Shown here in pieces: positions 20,565 through 31,394 of a stretch of 64,000 nt of DNA. A program made the translations under genes and the position numbers. Every line of letters starts with the position of its first letter. The stretch's first letter is position 1. The notes under the pieces are model-generated. The model made no database searches. It was not told the origin of the DNA and saw only the letters and a program-made list of their open reading frames with translations. Origin of the DNA: Cyanobacteria bacterium auto_48_18 (lineage in GTDB: Bacteria; Cyanobacteriota; Vampirovibrionia; Obscuribacterales; Obscuribacteraceae); assembly GCA_036170915.1 (NCBI GenBank), contig JAVHQC010000010.1, positions 160,001 through 224,000 of the forward strand, written 5' to 3'.

Positions 20565-21011
20565 TCACGCGCTGACAATTTTAGACTTGTTTGTCGCCTT
20601 CTCTTTAGACAAAAAAAGATCAGCACTGACGCTAAAATGCTCAGCAAGGGCCAAAATATGTGCTTTGCTAAGATCACGCTTTTCATTCCAGATCTCACTA
20701 GCACGGCCGGATGGCAGTCCCACTAATCTTCCGAAATCAGCTTGCTTCAATCCGTTCATTTCGAACAAATATTTGACGTTTTCGATAGGTGAGAACTCAA
20801 TCTTTACTGAGTGGTGCTCTTTTTCGTAAATACCTATCAATGTGCCAAGCACGTTTAAATAATCCTGTTCTTCTTGATTAAGACTGCCTAGCCGTTCATA
20901 AAGTTCAGTCGATACTTCAATCGCATCATCCAAATCAAATTCACTTTTGAGCGGCCGCAATGGCAGCCTTTTGATGAGACCCATATAGGTGGTGGTTTTC
21001 AGCTTACTCAT
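20565..21011 (-). CDS. higA: HigA-type antitoxin (Xre HTH)
   Basis: YLNVLGTLIGIYEKEH, GLKQADF...SEIWNEKRDLSKAHI; downstream of higB. Confidence 0.85.
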   Translation of the reverse strand: MSKLKTTTYMGLIKRLPLRPLKSEFDLDDAIEVSTELYERLGSLNQEEQDYLNVLGTLIGIYEKEHHSVKIEFSPIENVKYLFEMNGLKQADFGRLVGLPSGRASEIWNEKRDLSKAHILALAEHFSVSADLFLSKEKATNKSKIVSA

Positions 21012-21035
21012 CGCCGCACATTATCCTCAAATCAA

Positions 21036-21320
21036 TTAAAATTTTTCTTCGTCATACTCTGCATGAGTCATTATTTTCAAGACGAATACTGTTTGAGTCT
21101 GATACCAGACCATCGCAGCAAGCCTGTAATTCCCTCCACCAATATCGAATATCCATTTTCGATCACCTACGCAGTCGGCTGTGTTGAACGTGTTCAATAC
21201 GTCAGGCGGGTTTGTCCATTTTGCCGCTCGCACTGCGACAATCCAATGAGCTAAAGGTGAGCCTGACTTGGGATGCTCTGTGGCAAAACGCCAGACAGCT
21301 CTTTCGTTTTTGATCTGCAT
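21036..21320 (-). CDS. higB: HigB toxin (RelE family)
   Basis: WTNPPDV...ADCV...IFDIGGGNYRL...THAEYD. Confidence 0.88.
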   Translation of the reverse strand: MQIKNERAVWRFATEHPKSGSPLAHWIVAVRAAKWTNPPDVLNTFNTADCVGDRKWIFDIGGGNYRLAAMVWYQTQTVFVLKIMTHAEYDEEKF

Positions 21321-21347
21321 CTAGTGCTCGCCTCACTAAGATTATCG

Positions 21348-21406
21348 TCACATAATGTGAGCGAATGCGCAACGGAATTCGGAGAAAATTCCTCACAAAT
21401 TGTGAG
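21348..21406. promoter_or_regulatory. Two probable HigA operators
   Basis: TCACA-N3-TGTGA palindromes at 21348-21360 and 21393-21405, upstream of higB. Confidence 0.65.
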
Positions 21407-21440
21407 ATTTAACCTTATCGCGCTCATCCGCTATCTTATA

Positions 21441-21469
21441 AGACGGTTATTCGTCGATTAAAGTTCAAA
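21441..21469 (-). promoter_or_regulatory. ECF-sigma-like promoter motif, copy A
   Basis: Minus strand TTTGAACTTTAAT-N11-CGTCT; same spacing at 35010 and 36012. Confidence 0.6.
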
Positions 21470-21518
21470 TCACGAGTAAAAACGAACTCTGCAATATGCG
21501 CGCCAATGCAGGAAAACG

Positions 21519-21782
21519 CTAGACCTTAGAGGTATTCGACAACCTGAGACTAGGATACCCTGCGATAGGAATGAGCTGGCTGTACTTAACTCCAGCACTG
21601 GTTTCGGTGAAGTGTTCGACCAATTGAGCAAGCTCTCCAGCGGCAAAGTGGCTTTCAGAAGAAGCGACCTTCTGCAAATCGACACTACCTGGATTATTCT
21701 TGCCAACGTGCGCCGTCATCTCACTGGTGGCTGCAGCCGTTGCCTTAAACGCTTGCGGTCTACTAGTTCTCTGCTTTCCCAC
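21519..21782 (-). CDS. Hypothetical protein (uncertain)
   Basis: 87-aa ORF filling the gap; no motif. Confidence 0.3.
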   Translation of the reverse strand: MGKQRTSRPQAFKATAAATSEMTAHVGKNNPGSVDLQKVASSESHFAAGELAQLVEHFTETSAGVKYSQLIPIAGYPSLRLSNTSKV

Positions 21783-21884
21783 TTAGACATTACCTGGACT
21801 GGAATACCATTCGGATTTCAAGAATACCCGACAGCTGCGGCAAAAGTACAGCAATGTATTGGTAGACGCAAATATACGTTGAAC

Positions 21885-22916
21885 TTACCGAGTAGCCGAC
21901 TCCATCACCGAACGGACAAACTTTCTCGGAATTTCCATGTGCCCTTCGTTTGTTGGTTTAAATAAAACGCCCTGCTTGTCGCCTCGCTTCTCCCCCTTAT
22001 AGGCGGCCAGTTCGCGGGCTACAAACTTAGCTTGTTCCATGCTCTGTCCATGGGTGCTGCTGCCAAAGATGTTCTGAAATTTCTTTTCACCGCTGGCGAG
22101 ATCGGCGATGTTGCTTTTGATCCAGCCATTAAAACCGTGCGTGTCATACAGAGAGTCTAGAAGTGTGACGCTATTGACCTTTTTGGACAATTCAGGGTTA
22201 GCGGCTAACTGACTTTTGGTAGGAATGAAGCCAGCCGAATGAGAAATTAAGCCAATGTGACGAACGTCAGCCAAGGTTTTTCCTTTCAGCTCTGGTGTCT
22301 TATCGAAAACATCTTGCACCATTTTTGTGGCGAAATCTTTGGAAGCATATGCGCCCTGTTGATTGCCACTCGCTTTCTGCCCGCCTGGATTGACTTGCCA
22401 CTCAGGGACAATTAGCACCGTATTTGGTGGTGCAGCTTTCATCTGTTCTTGCAAGTTTGCATTGCGAAATGAACTAGAAGCGGTATCACGCCATCCGTGA
22501 TTATAGATCACCAGATTGATTGGTTTAGTAGCATCGAAATTCTTAGGCAATAGCACCACAGCGTCGGCAGATTTGCCTCCATGCACACTATGCTTTAAGT
22601 TGAGTTCGTACTTTTTGGCTTCAAAATTAGAAGTGATAGGGGCGACAGGTTCTTTTCGCTCTACTCTCGAATCGGCCGGAGTAAGCTTCTTTCCATTATC
22701 TTCAATGGTCACCCGAGGAAGATGCCGCTCGGCCGAGTTAGGCGTGAGCGCCTCGAAGCCATTAGGCTCGAACTTTTTGACTCGGTCAAACTCTTTATGA
22801 ACGCCAGATAGCGGGTTATTCCTCATCACGTTATCAAAAAGTTGCTCCTCCGCGCGAGAAACCTTTTTGGGGTCGGCAGGTTGTTCGCGCCATTCGGCGG
22901 CTCTTTGACCGGTCAT
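21885..22916 (-). CDS. Hypothetical alpha/beta-hydrolase-fold protein
   Basis: LVIYNHGW, ISHSAG, TLLDSLY. Confidence 0.6.
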   Translation of the reverse strand: MTGQRAAEWREQPADPKKVSRAEEQLFDNVMRNNPLSGVHKEFDRVKKFEPNGFEALTPNSAERHLPRVTIEDNGKKLTPADSRVERKEPVAPITSNFEAKKYELNLKHSVHGGKSADAVVLLPKNFDATKPINLVIYNHGWRDTASSSFRNANLQEQMKAAPPNTVLIVPEWQVNPGGQKASGNQQGAYASKDFATKMVQDVFDKTPELKGKTLADVRHIGLISHSAGFIPTKSQLAANPELSKKVNSVTLLDSLYDTHGFNGWIKSNIADLASGEKKFQNIFGSSTHGQSMEQAKFVARELAAYKGEKRGDKQGVLFKPTNEGHMEIPRKFVRSVMESATR

Positions 22917-23007
22917 GCTACACCTGGTGTACGGACCTGATGCCTGGTAATTTGCTACTATCTCTCAAGCAGCATACTTCGCAAGTAGTAAAGGATTTGT
23001 AAACGGA

Positions 23008-23739
23008 ATGAGCAAATTAGACAGAATCGCTCTGGTCACCGGCGGTAATAAAGGAATTGGCTTTGAGGTCGCCAAACAGTTGAGCCAGACCGGCTGTACA
23101 GTTGTTTTGACGTCTCGCAATCGCGAGCAGGGAGAAAGCGCCGTTGCCAGACTCAAAAGTGACGGCGGTGATGTTTATTACTCACAGCTTGATGTATGCG
23201 CTCCAAACACAATTGCCGCCACTTACAAATTTATCGAATTAAAATTTGGTCGCCTTGATATTCTCGTCAATAACGCCGGCATTATTGAAAGCACTGATGG
23301 GCCAGCTTCAGCTGCATCGATGGACGCAATCGAAAAAACATTGAAGACAAATTTTCTTGGCCCAATTCAAGTAACTCAAACTCTGCTTCCACTTTTGAAA
23401 AAATCGAAGCACGCTTCGATAGTCAATGTTTCAAGTGGGCTCGGCTCTTTGACACTGAATGGCGACGAAAAACATATGTGTTCGCAGGTTCCATATGTTG
23501 GCTATTGCGCGTCGAAAGCTGCGCTGAATATGTTCACGGTGAAGCTGGCTTTTGAGTTGAAAGACACACATATTAAAGTCAATTCTGCCGACCCCGGATA
23601 TACAGCAACAGACTTGAACAATAATCAAGGATATCAATCAATCGAGGAAGGCGCCGCGGAGACTGTTAGGCTGGCTTTAATAGAGGAACATGGTCCTACT
23701 GGAACTTACTCTGATAAAGAAGCAGTTTTGCCCTGGTAA
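23008..23739 (+). CDS. Short-chain dehydrogenase (carbonyl reductase-like)
   Basis: TGGNKGIG, NNAG, YCASK, PGYTATDLN. Confidence 0.92.
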   Translation: MSKLDRIALVTGGNKGIGFEVAKQLSQTGCTVVLTSRNREQGESAVARLKSDGGDVYYSQLDVCAPNTIAATYKFIELKFGRLDILVNNAGIIESTDGPASAASMDAIEKTLKTNFLGPIQVTQTLLPLLKKSKHASIVNVSSGLGSLTLNGDEKHMCSQVPYVGYCASKAALNMFTVKLAFELKDTHIKVNSADPGYTATDLNNNQGYQSIEEGAAETVRLALIEEHGPTGTYSDKEAVLPW

Positions 23740-23773
23740 ACAGCCGATTACGCGTCGTACCGGAGGAACATAT

Positions 23774-26700
23774 TTGTCATTGCCTAAATTTAAAATTGGC
23801 ACTTGCATCGTCTGCGCACTATCAATTAGTTTTTTCACGACACAAACAATATGCATTGCCCAAAATAATCCACCTGCGCAATTGCTGACTGAGCCTCCAG
23901 ACGCAATGTCGGAGCCGACTGCTTATAACCACGATCTTTCGGCTCTCTTTGAAGCAATGCATCCGTTGGACGGCAGCGAAGGGCCGTTTGCTGTGCAACG
24001 CTTTAAAGAAATGGGCAAAATTTATCTACAGCAAAACGCTGATTTACTCTCTCTGGGCGCCGACCTAGAAGCTTTAAAGCTTATGGCCGCCTGGCCGCTT
24101 GCCTCCAAATATCCTTTAAATCAGACGGCGATTGCGGCACTGTCTCACGCACTGACTGCTGGAAATATCAAAGCTGCTGATGTTTTTTGGGATAAAGTCA
24201 AAAGCAGTTTAGACTTTGAAGGAGCCAAAGCCGAAAATATCGCTGAGAATTATCCTCAAGTGATTATTCAACTCGTGCAAGCAGGGCGAAGGCCTGATGC
24301 AATTCTACTAGCAAGAAAACTGTTACCAATATTCAACGGTAAGCAAATTGATGCCAGCGACAGCTATAGATATACTGATTACCAGTATCGACATGACGTG
24401 CTCAAAGCGTGTGCCATAGCTCTCGCCGGCGAGTCAAAAGTAGAAGCCCTGGCTGTCTGCGATCAACTTTTTGACTTAGACCGCGACAATCAATGGCTTG
24501 GCGAAATGTACTTGGCCCTGGGTCAAAAAGAAAAGGCTTCAGCTTGCTATAAACGCGCTATCGCGCTCGAAGAAAAACGGAGAGCTGGTGGCGCAGAACA
24601 AAATACTGCACTGCCAAACCCGTCTCTATTTGACGCTAAAAAATTTAATTCAACAATTGACACTTCAGCTACCTACGCTTTGCTTAACCGCGCCCACCAG
24701 CTGATTGAGCAAGGCATAGTGCCAGAAAAAGAAATCACTGAACTGGTAAACCTGACTGATGATTACACTCTCAATAAGCCTGCCGCGCTGTTGAACCTGG
24801 TTCGAAATTTAAGCGATCATAAGATGATCAAGCAGTCAAACGATTTACTGGCTGGTCTTAGCGGCACGGCTAAACAACAACACTGCACGCCGATAACTGC
24901 GCTGTTTCTCGCGACCGAACAGGCAATCAATTCTGTTCGCAGTGATGGCACAGACAAACAAAAGTGGAATGAAATTGAAAATTATTTGACACCATTGGGC
25001 GAATTTTCCACCGATAGATTTCGCATTCTTGCACTTGCGTATGCGACGGCAGGCGACTTTAAGCGGGCCAAAATAATCCAGGATCACGCACTGCCACATC
25101 TGCAAACCGAACTATTCATCAAGAAAAATAGCAGAGGACGGATTTTATTTTTACTTGATCAAGCAGCTGTTTATTCAGCCCTGGGCGATGATGAAAATGG
25201 GCAAAAGCAATTTGATCAAGCAATGACACTTACAGCCGCCGAAGCCGCACGTAATGACCGAACAATCAGCGCAACCGATTGGCCCGGCATGACAGCCATG
25301 GCTAAAGAAGGTGAATTCAGATGTTCTCTTGTTACTAAAATTGTTAATTACATCATTGAAGATTCGACAGAGGATAACAAAAACGATCGCACAGAAAAAA
25401 ACTTGCGGGCGGCCCTTAATGCCACCGAAGCTTTAGCACCTGTACCGACCAATATCACCTCAGCCAATAATGGCATGAACAGCTCTATGTTAATTGCAAG
25501 GGCCCAGCCCGCAATCAGAGTAATGTTAGCCAGACACCTGATGAAAAAAGGTGACCACACTCAAGCGAATGATATTCTGTCGAAAGTTGATCAGTCGGCT
25601 TGGGACAACTCTTTTGGCGACCTTGACGTTTTAAGGGCAGAGCTTGAAGCAGCAGCCGGCAATTGGAACAGGGCAATGGAAATTTATCTTACTGTGCCTT
25701 TCAGCGGCCAGACTATTAATCCTGGCTATGAGACAGCAGGCTACACCAGGCTGTATTTAACAAAAGCCCTTGAGGCAGCAAAAAAGCTTCCCAGTCTAAA
25801 TTCGGCAAAACTTGCTTTCATTTACCACCAATTAGCTATGACGTATGACACACAGCCGTATGCACCAGAGCAAGCAATTGAATTTTACAAGCAAGCCTAC
25901 TCGCTCTATCCGGATACCGATAGCAACAAATCGGTAGTCGCGCAAAAAATCGCACAGACCGAACAGGCCATGATTTCGCAAAAATCGGATGCTGCGATTG
26001 TCTCTTGCGAAATAACTAAACCTCTTGATCACAACACCACAACAGTCATCGAAATGCTACACAACGCGGCGTTACTTGCTGAAAAAAATCAAGCTGAGAC
26101 CAGAGTTACCGAATGGCTTAATTTCGCTTCGGCGGAGGCACAAGCAGGTTTGCTTGACAGCGCCATAGAGCATGCGCAACATGCCATTTCTATTTTTCAC
26201 AAACCTACTGATCAACAGTTATATATTCGTACAATGGAATTAGAGGCGGTAGTTTCAGCGCTTAGCGAACGCGGAAAGGCAAGCGCAGCAGAACAACTAC
26301 TTATTGACGCAGCACAAAAAGTCGCCGAACTATTTGGCCAACCGAGCATGGAGTACGAAACTCAACAAGCGCAGCTCTTTCGATTTTATTACAATCAGGA
26401 GAATTACAACAAAGCGCTAGAGGTGGTTGACCAAATACTTGCTGTCGCGCCACAGACAGTAGAATTGAATCGACCATTTAATGACCACGGTCGTTTATCA
26501 GTTCTTAATTGGGTTCCTTATATTTCAACAGATAGGAAAGATCCTAAAATGGCACTAGAACTGTTGAACAAGTCCTATCAGGCCTATCAAAAATATTATG
26601 CTAAAGACGATTATCGTATGGCCCATCTTCTAAAAATGAGGGCCGATCTTGAAAGCTCTGATAATTTTGCTGCGGCATTATCAAACTATGAAAAAGCTTT

Positions 26701-27415
26701 GGCTATTGCAGCACTGAACGGCGGAAGCTCTGGCGAGTATTACCTGATAGCCGCAGCTACAGAAGACTTCCTGATAAAGAATGGTAAGGCTAAAGAGTTG
26801 GCTTTACTCCGCAAACAGCGTGACAAATTTGAATTGGTCAGGCAAGAATTTGATCTAACTTATCGCCGCATCGAACCCGTAAATATTGAAGCCAAATATT
26901 TTCATGTTTCAAACACAGCTCCATATAGCGAATATGCTGCTGTCATACTTGATACGATGCTCACCGATTTTGAAAAAAAGCATGATACTGAAGCGATCAA
27001 CAAATATGTGCCGCTCGTTTTAGATGTGCTCAACCATACAAATTATTTTAACCACTACTTCGCTTACGGTCAGCTGTCGCCGCTTTCTGCTCGCTACAAA
27101 TACTTAAAGATGATCATCGCCGCCAACAGTCGTAGCGATTTCAAAACCGCAAAGTTATGGTTACAAAAAGCACACGATTTAAAACTGCCGTTAGCGACTG
27201 TCGAAGAACTGACCTTCCTTTCTCAGGCAGAACTTCTATGTGGGAACCGGCAATCAGCGCTTGAATATTATAAACAGGCCTGCAAACTTTATCTTGTCGA
27301 TAACAACAAGGACATTCATCGAGAAGCACTGATTGTTATGAGAAAGAAACTGGGTCAACGGGAAGATTTAAAATCGCCAGGGCATCCAGGGGTGCAGAGC
27401 GGAGCAAAGAAATAA
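23774..27415 (+). CDS. Large TPR-like helical repeat protein
   Basis: GGAGG RBS before TTG 23774; signal-peptide-like start; TPR-like helices throughout. Confidence 0.7.
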   Translation: MSLPKFKIGTCIVCALSISFFTTQTICIAQNNPPAQLLTEPPDAMSEPTAYNHDLSALFEAMHPLDGSEGPFAVQRFKEMGKIYLQQNADLLSLGADLEALKLMAAWPLASKYPLNQTAIAALSHALTAGNIKAADVFWDKVKSSLDFEGAKAENIAENYPQVIIQLVQAGRRPDAILLARKLLPIFNGKQIDASDSYRYTDYQYRHDVLKACAIALAGESKVEALAVCDQLFDLDRDNQWLGEMYLALGQKEKASACYKRAIALEEKRRAGGAEQNTALPNPSLFDAKKFNSTIDTSATYALLNRAHQLIEQGIVPEKEITELVNLTDDYTLNKPAALLNLVRNLSDHKMIKQSNDLLAGLSGTAKQQHCTPITALFLATEQAINSVRSDGTDKQKWNEIENYLTPLGEFSTDRFRILALAYATAGDFKRAKIIQDHALPHLQTELFIKKNSRGRILFLLDQAAVYSALGDDENGQKQFDQAMTLTAAEAARNDRTISATDWPGMTAMAKEGEFRCSLVTKIVNYIIEDSTEDNKNDRTEKNLRAALNATEALAPVPTNITSANNGMNSSMLIARAQPAIRVMLARHLMKKGDHTQANDILSKVDQSAWDNSFGDLDVLRAELEAAAGNWNRAMEIYLTVPFSGQTINPGYETAGYTRLYLTKALEAAKKLPSLNSAKLAFIYHQLAMTYDTQPYAPEQAIEFYKQAYSLYPDTDSNKSVVAQKIAQTEQAMISQKSDAAIVSCEITKPLDHNTTTVIEMLHNAALLAEKNQAETRVTEWLNFASAEAQAGLLDSAIEHAQHAISIFHKPTDQQLYIRTMELEAVVSALSERGKASAAEQLLIDAAQKVAELFGQPSMEYETQQAQLFRFYYNQENYNKALEVVDQILAVAPQTVELNRPFNDHGRLSVLNWVPYISTDRKDPKMALELLNKSYQAYQKYYAKDDYRMAHLLKMRADLESSDNFAAALSNYEKALAIAALNGGSSGEYYLIAAATEDFLIKNGKAKELALLRKQRDKFELVRQEFDLTYRRIEPVNIEAKYFHVSNTAPYSEYAAVILDTMLTDFEKKHDTEAINKYVPLVLDVLNHTNYFNHYFAYGQLSPLSARYKYLKMIIAANSRSDFKTAKLWLQKAHDLKLPLATVEELTFLSQAELLCGNRQSALEYYKQACKLYLVDNNKDIHREALIVMRKKLGQREDLKSPGHPGVQSGAKK

Positions 27416-27465
27416 TGCATCAAGCAGCTCGCAGCACTTCCCACGTTAATAGGTAACCATTAAGA

Positions 27466-27498
27466 AAGGCACCCAGCAATGCTGAGTGCCTTTTCTTT
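27466..27498. terminator. Bidirectional intrinsic terminator
   Basis: AAGGCACCCAGC-AAT-GCTGAGTGCCTT followed by TTCTTT, between convergent genes. Confidence 0.75.
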
Positions 27499-27519
27499 CG
27501 TTTGAGGTCTGTTTAAAAA

Positions 27520-28044
27520 CTAAACAGCTTTTACAGCCTGGTCATTTACTCGTTTCACATCGGTTGCGCCATGAGTCTTGAAGATATCTTCAGCGCGCTT
27601 AAGATCATCGTTGATCTCGCTGTGAGCGGCAATAAGAATATTGCCTTCTCTCAATTTACCTTCGAACATTTTGGCTTCGTATTCTGGAATTCCCATACCG
27701 ATAAGAGCTCCGGTGATGCCACCAAGGGTAGCGCCGACGCCTATACCACTTAAAGTAGCCATGATCGGTCCTGCAGCAATAAATGGTCCTACGCCTGGAA
27801 TTGCCAATGCGCCAATACCAGCCAGAAGGCCAAGTGTGCCGCCGATCACGCCGCCGGTAGTGGCACCGGTTGCAGCACCTTCTGGAGCTTTAGTTGAATT
27901 GTCGTGTGCGAAATCTTTTGTGCCTTCCTTATCTGGGAAAAGCACCGAGAGGTCGTTGCTCAAAAATCCAGAATCTTGCAGAGCACTGACTAGATTTTCT
28001 GCGTCTACACGAGTTTTGACAAGGCCGATTACTGATTGTGACAT
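27520..28044 (-). CDS. General stress-type membrane protein
   Basis: TKAPEGAATG...GLLAGIGALAIPGVGPFIAAGP...LIGMGIPEYEAK. Confidence 0.8.
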   Translation of the reverse strand: MSQSVIGLVKTRVDAENLVSALQDSGFLSNDLSVLFPDKEGTKDFAHDNSTKAPEGAATGATTGGVIGGTLGLLAGIGALAIPGVGPFIAAGPIMATLSGIGVGATLGGITGALIGMGIPEYEAKMFEGKLREGNILIAAHSEINDDLKRAEDIFKTHGATDVKRVNDQAVKAV

Positions 28045-28095
28045 TATTGTCTCTCCTAAAATTCTGTATTAGTTGTATTTCTGATTAGTCGCTAA

Positions 28096-28485
28096 CTAGT
28101 GAGGTTTAGCGGCCACGCTTAAGGAAGTCTTGATGCCTTTAACGCCTTTGCAGGTTTTAACAAGTTCTTCGAGGCGCTCCTTTTCTTCAAAGCTATTAAC
28201 AGGTCCACGAAGAACGACAAAATTACTGTCAGACACAAGAATTTTTACGTTCTTAGCGTCCATAGACAGATTTTTCTGTTTCATGATTACTCTGCGGACA
28301 TTGCCAAGAATTTTGATCTGCTCTCGGCCATTGCCTTGTTTATCGGCAACCACAGCATTCTCTTCTAAGGCTCCACGATTCTGTTTTGTATTATCTGCCT
28401 TCACTGGTTCTGCTTGTGCTGTGTTGACGCTAATCACCAATAGTGCACAAACGCCAGCTGATGCCAACAAACTTTTCATTTGCAT
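28096..28485 (-). CDS. BON domain protein
   Basis: ADNTKQN, LSMDAKNVKI, VVLRGPVNS; signal peptide. Confidence 0.8.
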   Translation of the reverse strand: MQMKSLLASAGVCALLVISVNTAQAEPVKADNTKQNRGALEENAVVADKQGNGREQIKILGNVRRVIMKQKNLSMDAKNVKILVSDSNFVVLRGPVNSFEEKERLEELVKTCKGVKGIKTSLSVAAKPH

Positions 28486-28747
28486 TCAACCTTTGTCTTA
28501 TGTTTTTGTACGGCCTCGCACTGTTTTTATCATCACAACTCGACAATGTTGAAATAAAGCTCAACAGCAAGTTCCCGAAAACCCGCTGCGCAGAGCAGCG
28601 AGCAGTGAACGTATCTCACAGTGATGTCAGTACAATTCCGAAGAGTACGACCATCGTCGGTGCCAAAAGTTCCAAAAAAAATTTCGCAGCGAAATTATGC
28701 AAATGACATCTTCATCTGCAAATCGGGAGAACATTGGGGCGCGGCAG

Positions 28748-30109
28748 CTACCTGTTAAACGGCTTCTCATTCACCCAGTGAAAACCACGATTGAGAAGTA
28801 GGTAATTGCTGCGGTTGATGCGGTGTAAGCGAATTTCGCATTGGATACCGTCAACTTCGCCGCGTAATATCCAATGAGTGGCATCGGGCATTTCGCTTAC
28901 TAAATGCGCCTTCCAATCCTGATCTTCTTTTGCCACCAAATCTAAATCTTTGCCATTGTTGAGTTTGGTTAGTTTGTACGTCGTCCACTCTTCGCCAGCA
29001 TTGCTGGCAGCAATACTTTTTTCATGTACCCACAGTGACTCCCAGCGGCAGTCAGCCAGCAAATCAGCCGGCAATGGTTGACCAGAATATTGATATGAAT
29101 CAACTGTCCATGAACCTTTGTAATCGCCAACTCTAGGTAACTCCGCAACAGATGTTTTGAAACTTTTGTAGGAATAGAAAAAACCAAAAAATGCGTGATA
29201 GGCGAGGAAGCACCAGGCAACGCTCCACACAATTAAATTGAATTTCTTGTTTTGAAAAAGATTGAGTGAAGTAAAAGCAGAAGCGCTTCGCTGCCTACAA
29301 AAAATATTAAACAGGTTTCTAGTATCGGGCAAAAGCAAGAAAATCGAAAGCACCAACAGATGCCCTGAAAGTATTTTGACCGGCACGTCATAACACATAT
29401 TGAGCATGACAATTTCGCCTGCCACGGTCACACACAAAAGCGTGCCTAATACTCGCGTATAAGGTATAGCCAGTAGTAAACCAGCGGTGAACTCAACGAG
29501 CCCTGTGAAAATCGTATAGGGCTGAGACGCGCTCATGAATGTCCAGAGCAGGCCCATGGGAGATTTTTCGCCAACGGTCTGGGTCAAAATATGGTTCTGC
29601 AGGGGCGGAAACTGGCTGGGAAATATCTTGCAGGCACCATAATCGAGCATGTTAGACGATACAAAAAGCAGAGACCAGATGCGCAGAAGTGCAAAGAGAG
29701 AAGTGTAGTGGCGGCGTTTTCGATCCAGAACGCTCCAGATAATCGCCCCGAATCCGGCAAAGCCTGCGTAAGTTGCTATTTCTATCCAACGAATCAGTTG
29801 ATCTCCGCTGCCCGACGCTGCCGAGGACCAATCAGGCGGAGTATGAAAACAATAGGCAGCTGTTACGGCGATCAGTGCGCGAACGAAAAAGTCCCACGGT
29901 ACGGCGATTAGATTTAATAGGGGAATCGAGCTAAAAGGAAACGGAAAGAGATAGAGAAAGAGGTAAACAAACCAATAACGAAAAAGAACTAGCTGCCAGA
30001 GCGGCCACACAATTGACGGCGCTGCTGCACCAGTTGTAGTGGTATCAGATATGGTTTCTGATTTTTCGGGAGATTCTTCAGGCAAAAAGCACCATAACGA
30101 GTTAGGCAT
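28748..30109 (-). CDS. DoxX-like multi-pass membrane protein
   Basis: GSGD, YGACKIFPSQF, SPMGLLWTFM, NMCYDVPVK, LLNRGFHWVNEKPFNR. Confidence 0.7.
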   Translation of the reverse strand: MPNSLWCFLPEESPEKSETISDTTTTGAAAPSIVWPLWQLVLFRYWFVYLFLYLFPFPFSSIPLLNLIAVPWDFFVRALIAVTAAYCFHTPPDWSSAASGSGDQLIRWIEIATYAGFAGFGAIIWSVLDRKRRHYTSLFALLRIWSLLFVSSNMLDYGACKIFPSQFPPLQNHILTQTVGEKSPMGLLWTFMSASQPYTIFTGLVEFTAGLLLAIPYTRVLGTLLCVTVAGEIVMLNMCYDVPVKILSGHLLVLSIFLLLPDTRNLFNIFCRQRSASAFTSLNLFQNKKFNLIVWSVAWCFLAYHAFFGFFYSYKSFKTSVAELPRVGDYKGSWTVDSYQYSGQPLPADLLADCRWESLWVHEKSIAASNAGEEWTTYKLTKLNNGKDLDLVAKEDQDWKAHLVSEMPDATHWILRGEVDGIQCEIRLHRINRSNYLLLNRGFHWVNEKPFNR

Positions 30110-30182
30110 TCATGCCAAAAGGCTATCACAGCGAATGCAAAAAATCGAACATCCAAGTACAATATTTATGCTTTAAAAAAGT

Positions 30183-30842
30183 ATGGAAGAAATGAATAAG
30201 CAAATTTCTACAATCGTCGTCTTGGCAATTTTTGCGCTCACCAGTTGTGCCGAAATTTCACAATTTCGTTTCGAGCCACCAAAGGAAGTGCTCGAGGATA
30301 AGACACCTGAGCAGTACTACCGAATGGGCAGGAATTACAAAGATGCAGGGTGGCCTGAGCAGGCCAGGGAATGCCTGACTCGTGCCATAAAGGCTGACGA
30401 AAATGGCGAAGTTGGTAAAAAAGCAAAAATATACCTCAAAGCATATTTGCCGCGTGAGCCAATTTCGCAGACTGCAATTAGTCGAAATATCACTGCGTTT
30501 AATCAAGCGGCGAGCGGCAGCGAAGATGAAGCTATCGCCGGATATCAGGCATGCATTAAAGACTATCCAACTTTCGAATGGCCATACGGAAATCTTGCCG
30601 CACTTTACACTAAAGCTGGCAGGTATAAAGACGCTCAGGCTACAGTGCAGAAAGCACTGACTTTGAATCCAAATTATTTAAATGGGTGGCTTCATCTGGC
30701 AAGAGCCTTAGCAGCTGATAGAGACAGGGCAGGCGCGATTCGCTGCACGAAGCGAGCACTTGAAATAGACCCAGATTCCACCGCAGCTACCGAGCTCATG
30801 AAGTCGTTGATGCATCACCACACAGACAGACAACTGCAGTAG
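30183..30842 (+). CDS. TPR lipoprotein, paralog 1
   Basis: Lipobox LTSC; TPRs; paralog of 32786..33430. Confidence 0.8.
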   Translation: MEEMNKQISTIVVLAIFALTSCAEISQFRFEPPKEVLEDKTPEQYYRMGRNYKDAGWPEQARECLTRAIKADENGEVGKKAKIYLKAYLPREPISQTAISRNITAFNQAASGSEDEAIAGYQACIKDYPTFEWPYGNLAALYTKAGRYKDAQATVQKALTLNPNYLNGWLHLARALAADRDRAGAIRCTKRALEIDPDSTAATELMKSLMHHHTDRQLQ

Positions 30843-30966
30843 TGGTGGAATTAATGAATTCCAACGGTGGCAATCAGGCTTTAATCAATTAAGCAATGAC
30901 TGCGCAAATAAATCAATCAGGTGTTAATCAAACCTCTCAAAAGAACCACGAATGATTTCTTCCTGT

Positions 30967-31236
30967 CTAGACATGCCTCAGCGCCTTCAGCTCAGTGCTT
31001 AGCCGCGCCAAATAGTTGCGAAGTTCTTGCTCGCTGGCACGGCAATCGTGAATGTCTTTGACACATTGTGCCGGTGTCGCAATTTCGAAATCAATGTCTG
31101 AAATAATCGAGTCGATCATTGTGCTCTCTTGAGTCTTTAATAGTTCTTGTGCCAGTTCTGATGCCCTGGTAGACGGAACTTCGTCAAAGATAACGGCATA
31201 CAGGGCAATGGCGAGCGTATTTGGTTTCAAAGTCAA
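30967..31236 (-). CDS. Small helical hypothetical protein
   Basis: 3' part of the 135-aa ORF; the start is uncertain and a terminator lies inside the longer ORF. Confidence 0.45.
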   Translation of the reverse strand: MTLKPNTLAIALYAVIFDEVPSTRASELAQELLKTQESTMIDSIISDIDFEIATPAQCVKDIHDCRASEQELRNYLARLSTELKALRHV

Positions 31237-31336
31237 TTTGATAACGTCACTTTGGTGAAAAACAGTTATAAGCTTACCGCACTTAAAACCGCTCCTCAAA
31301 TGGAAGGTTAGCAGCGGCCGTGGCTGGGTCATGGTG

Positions 31337-31368
31337 CAAAAGCGGACCGAGTTAGCCCCGGTCCGCTT
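31337..31368 (-). terminator. Intrinsic terminator after the Cys-rich gene
   Basis: AAGCGGACCG...CGGTCCGCTT stem, T run on the minus strand. Confidence 0.7.
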
Positions 31369-31394
31369 GTTCATTCAAAACCACATCGGTTTCG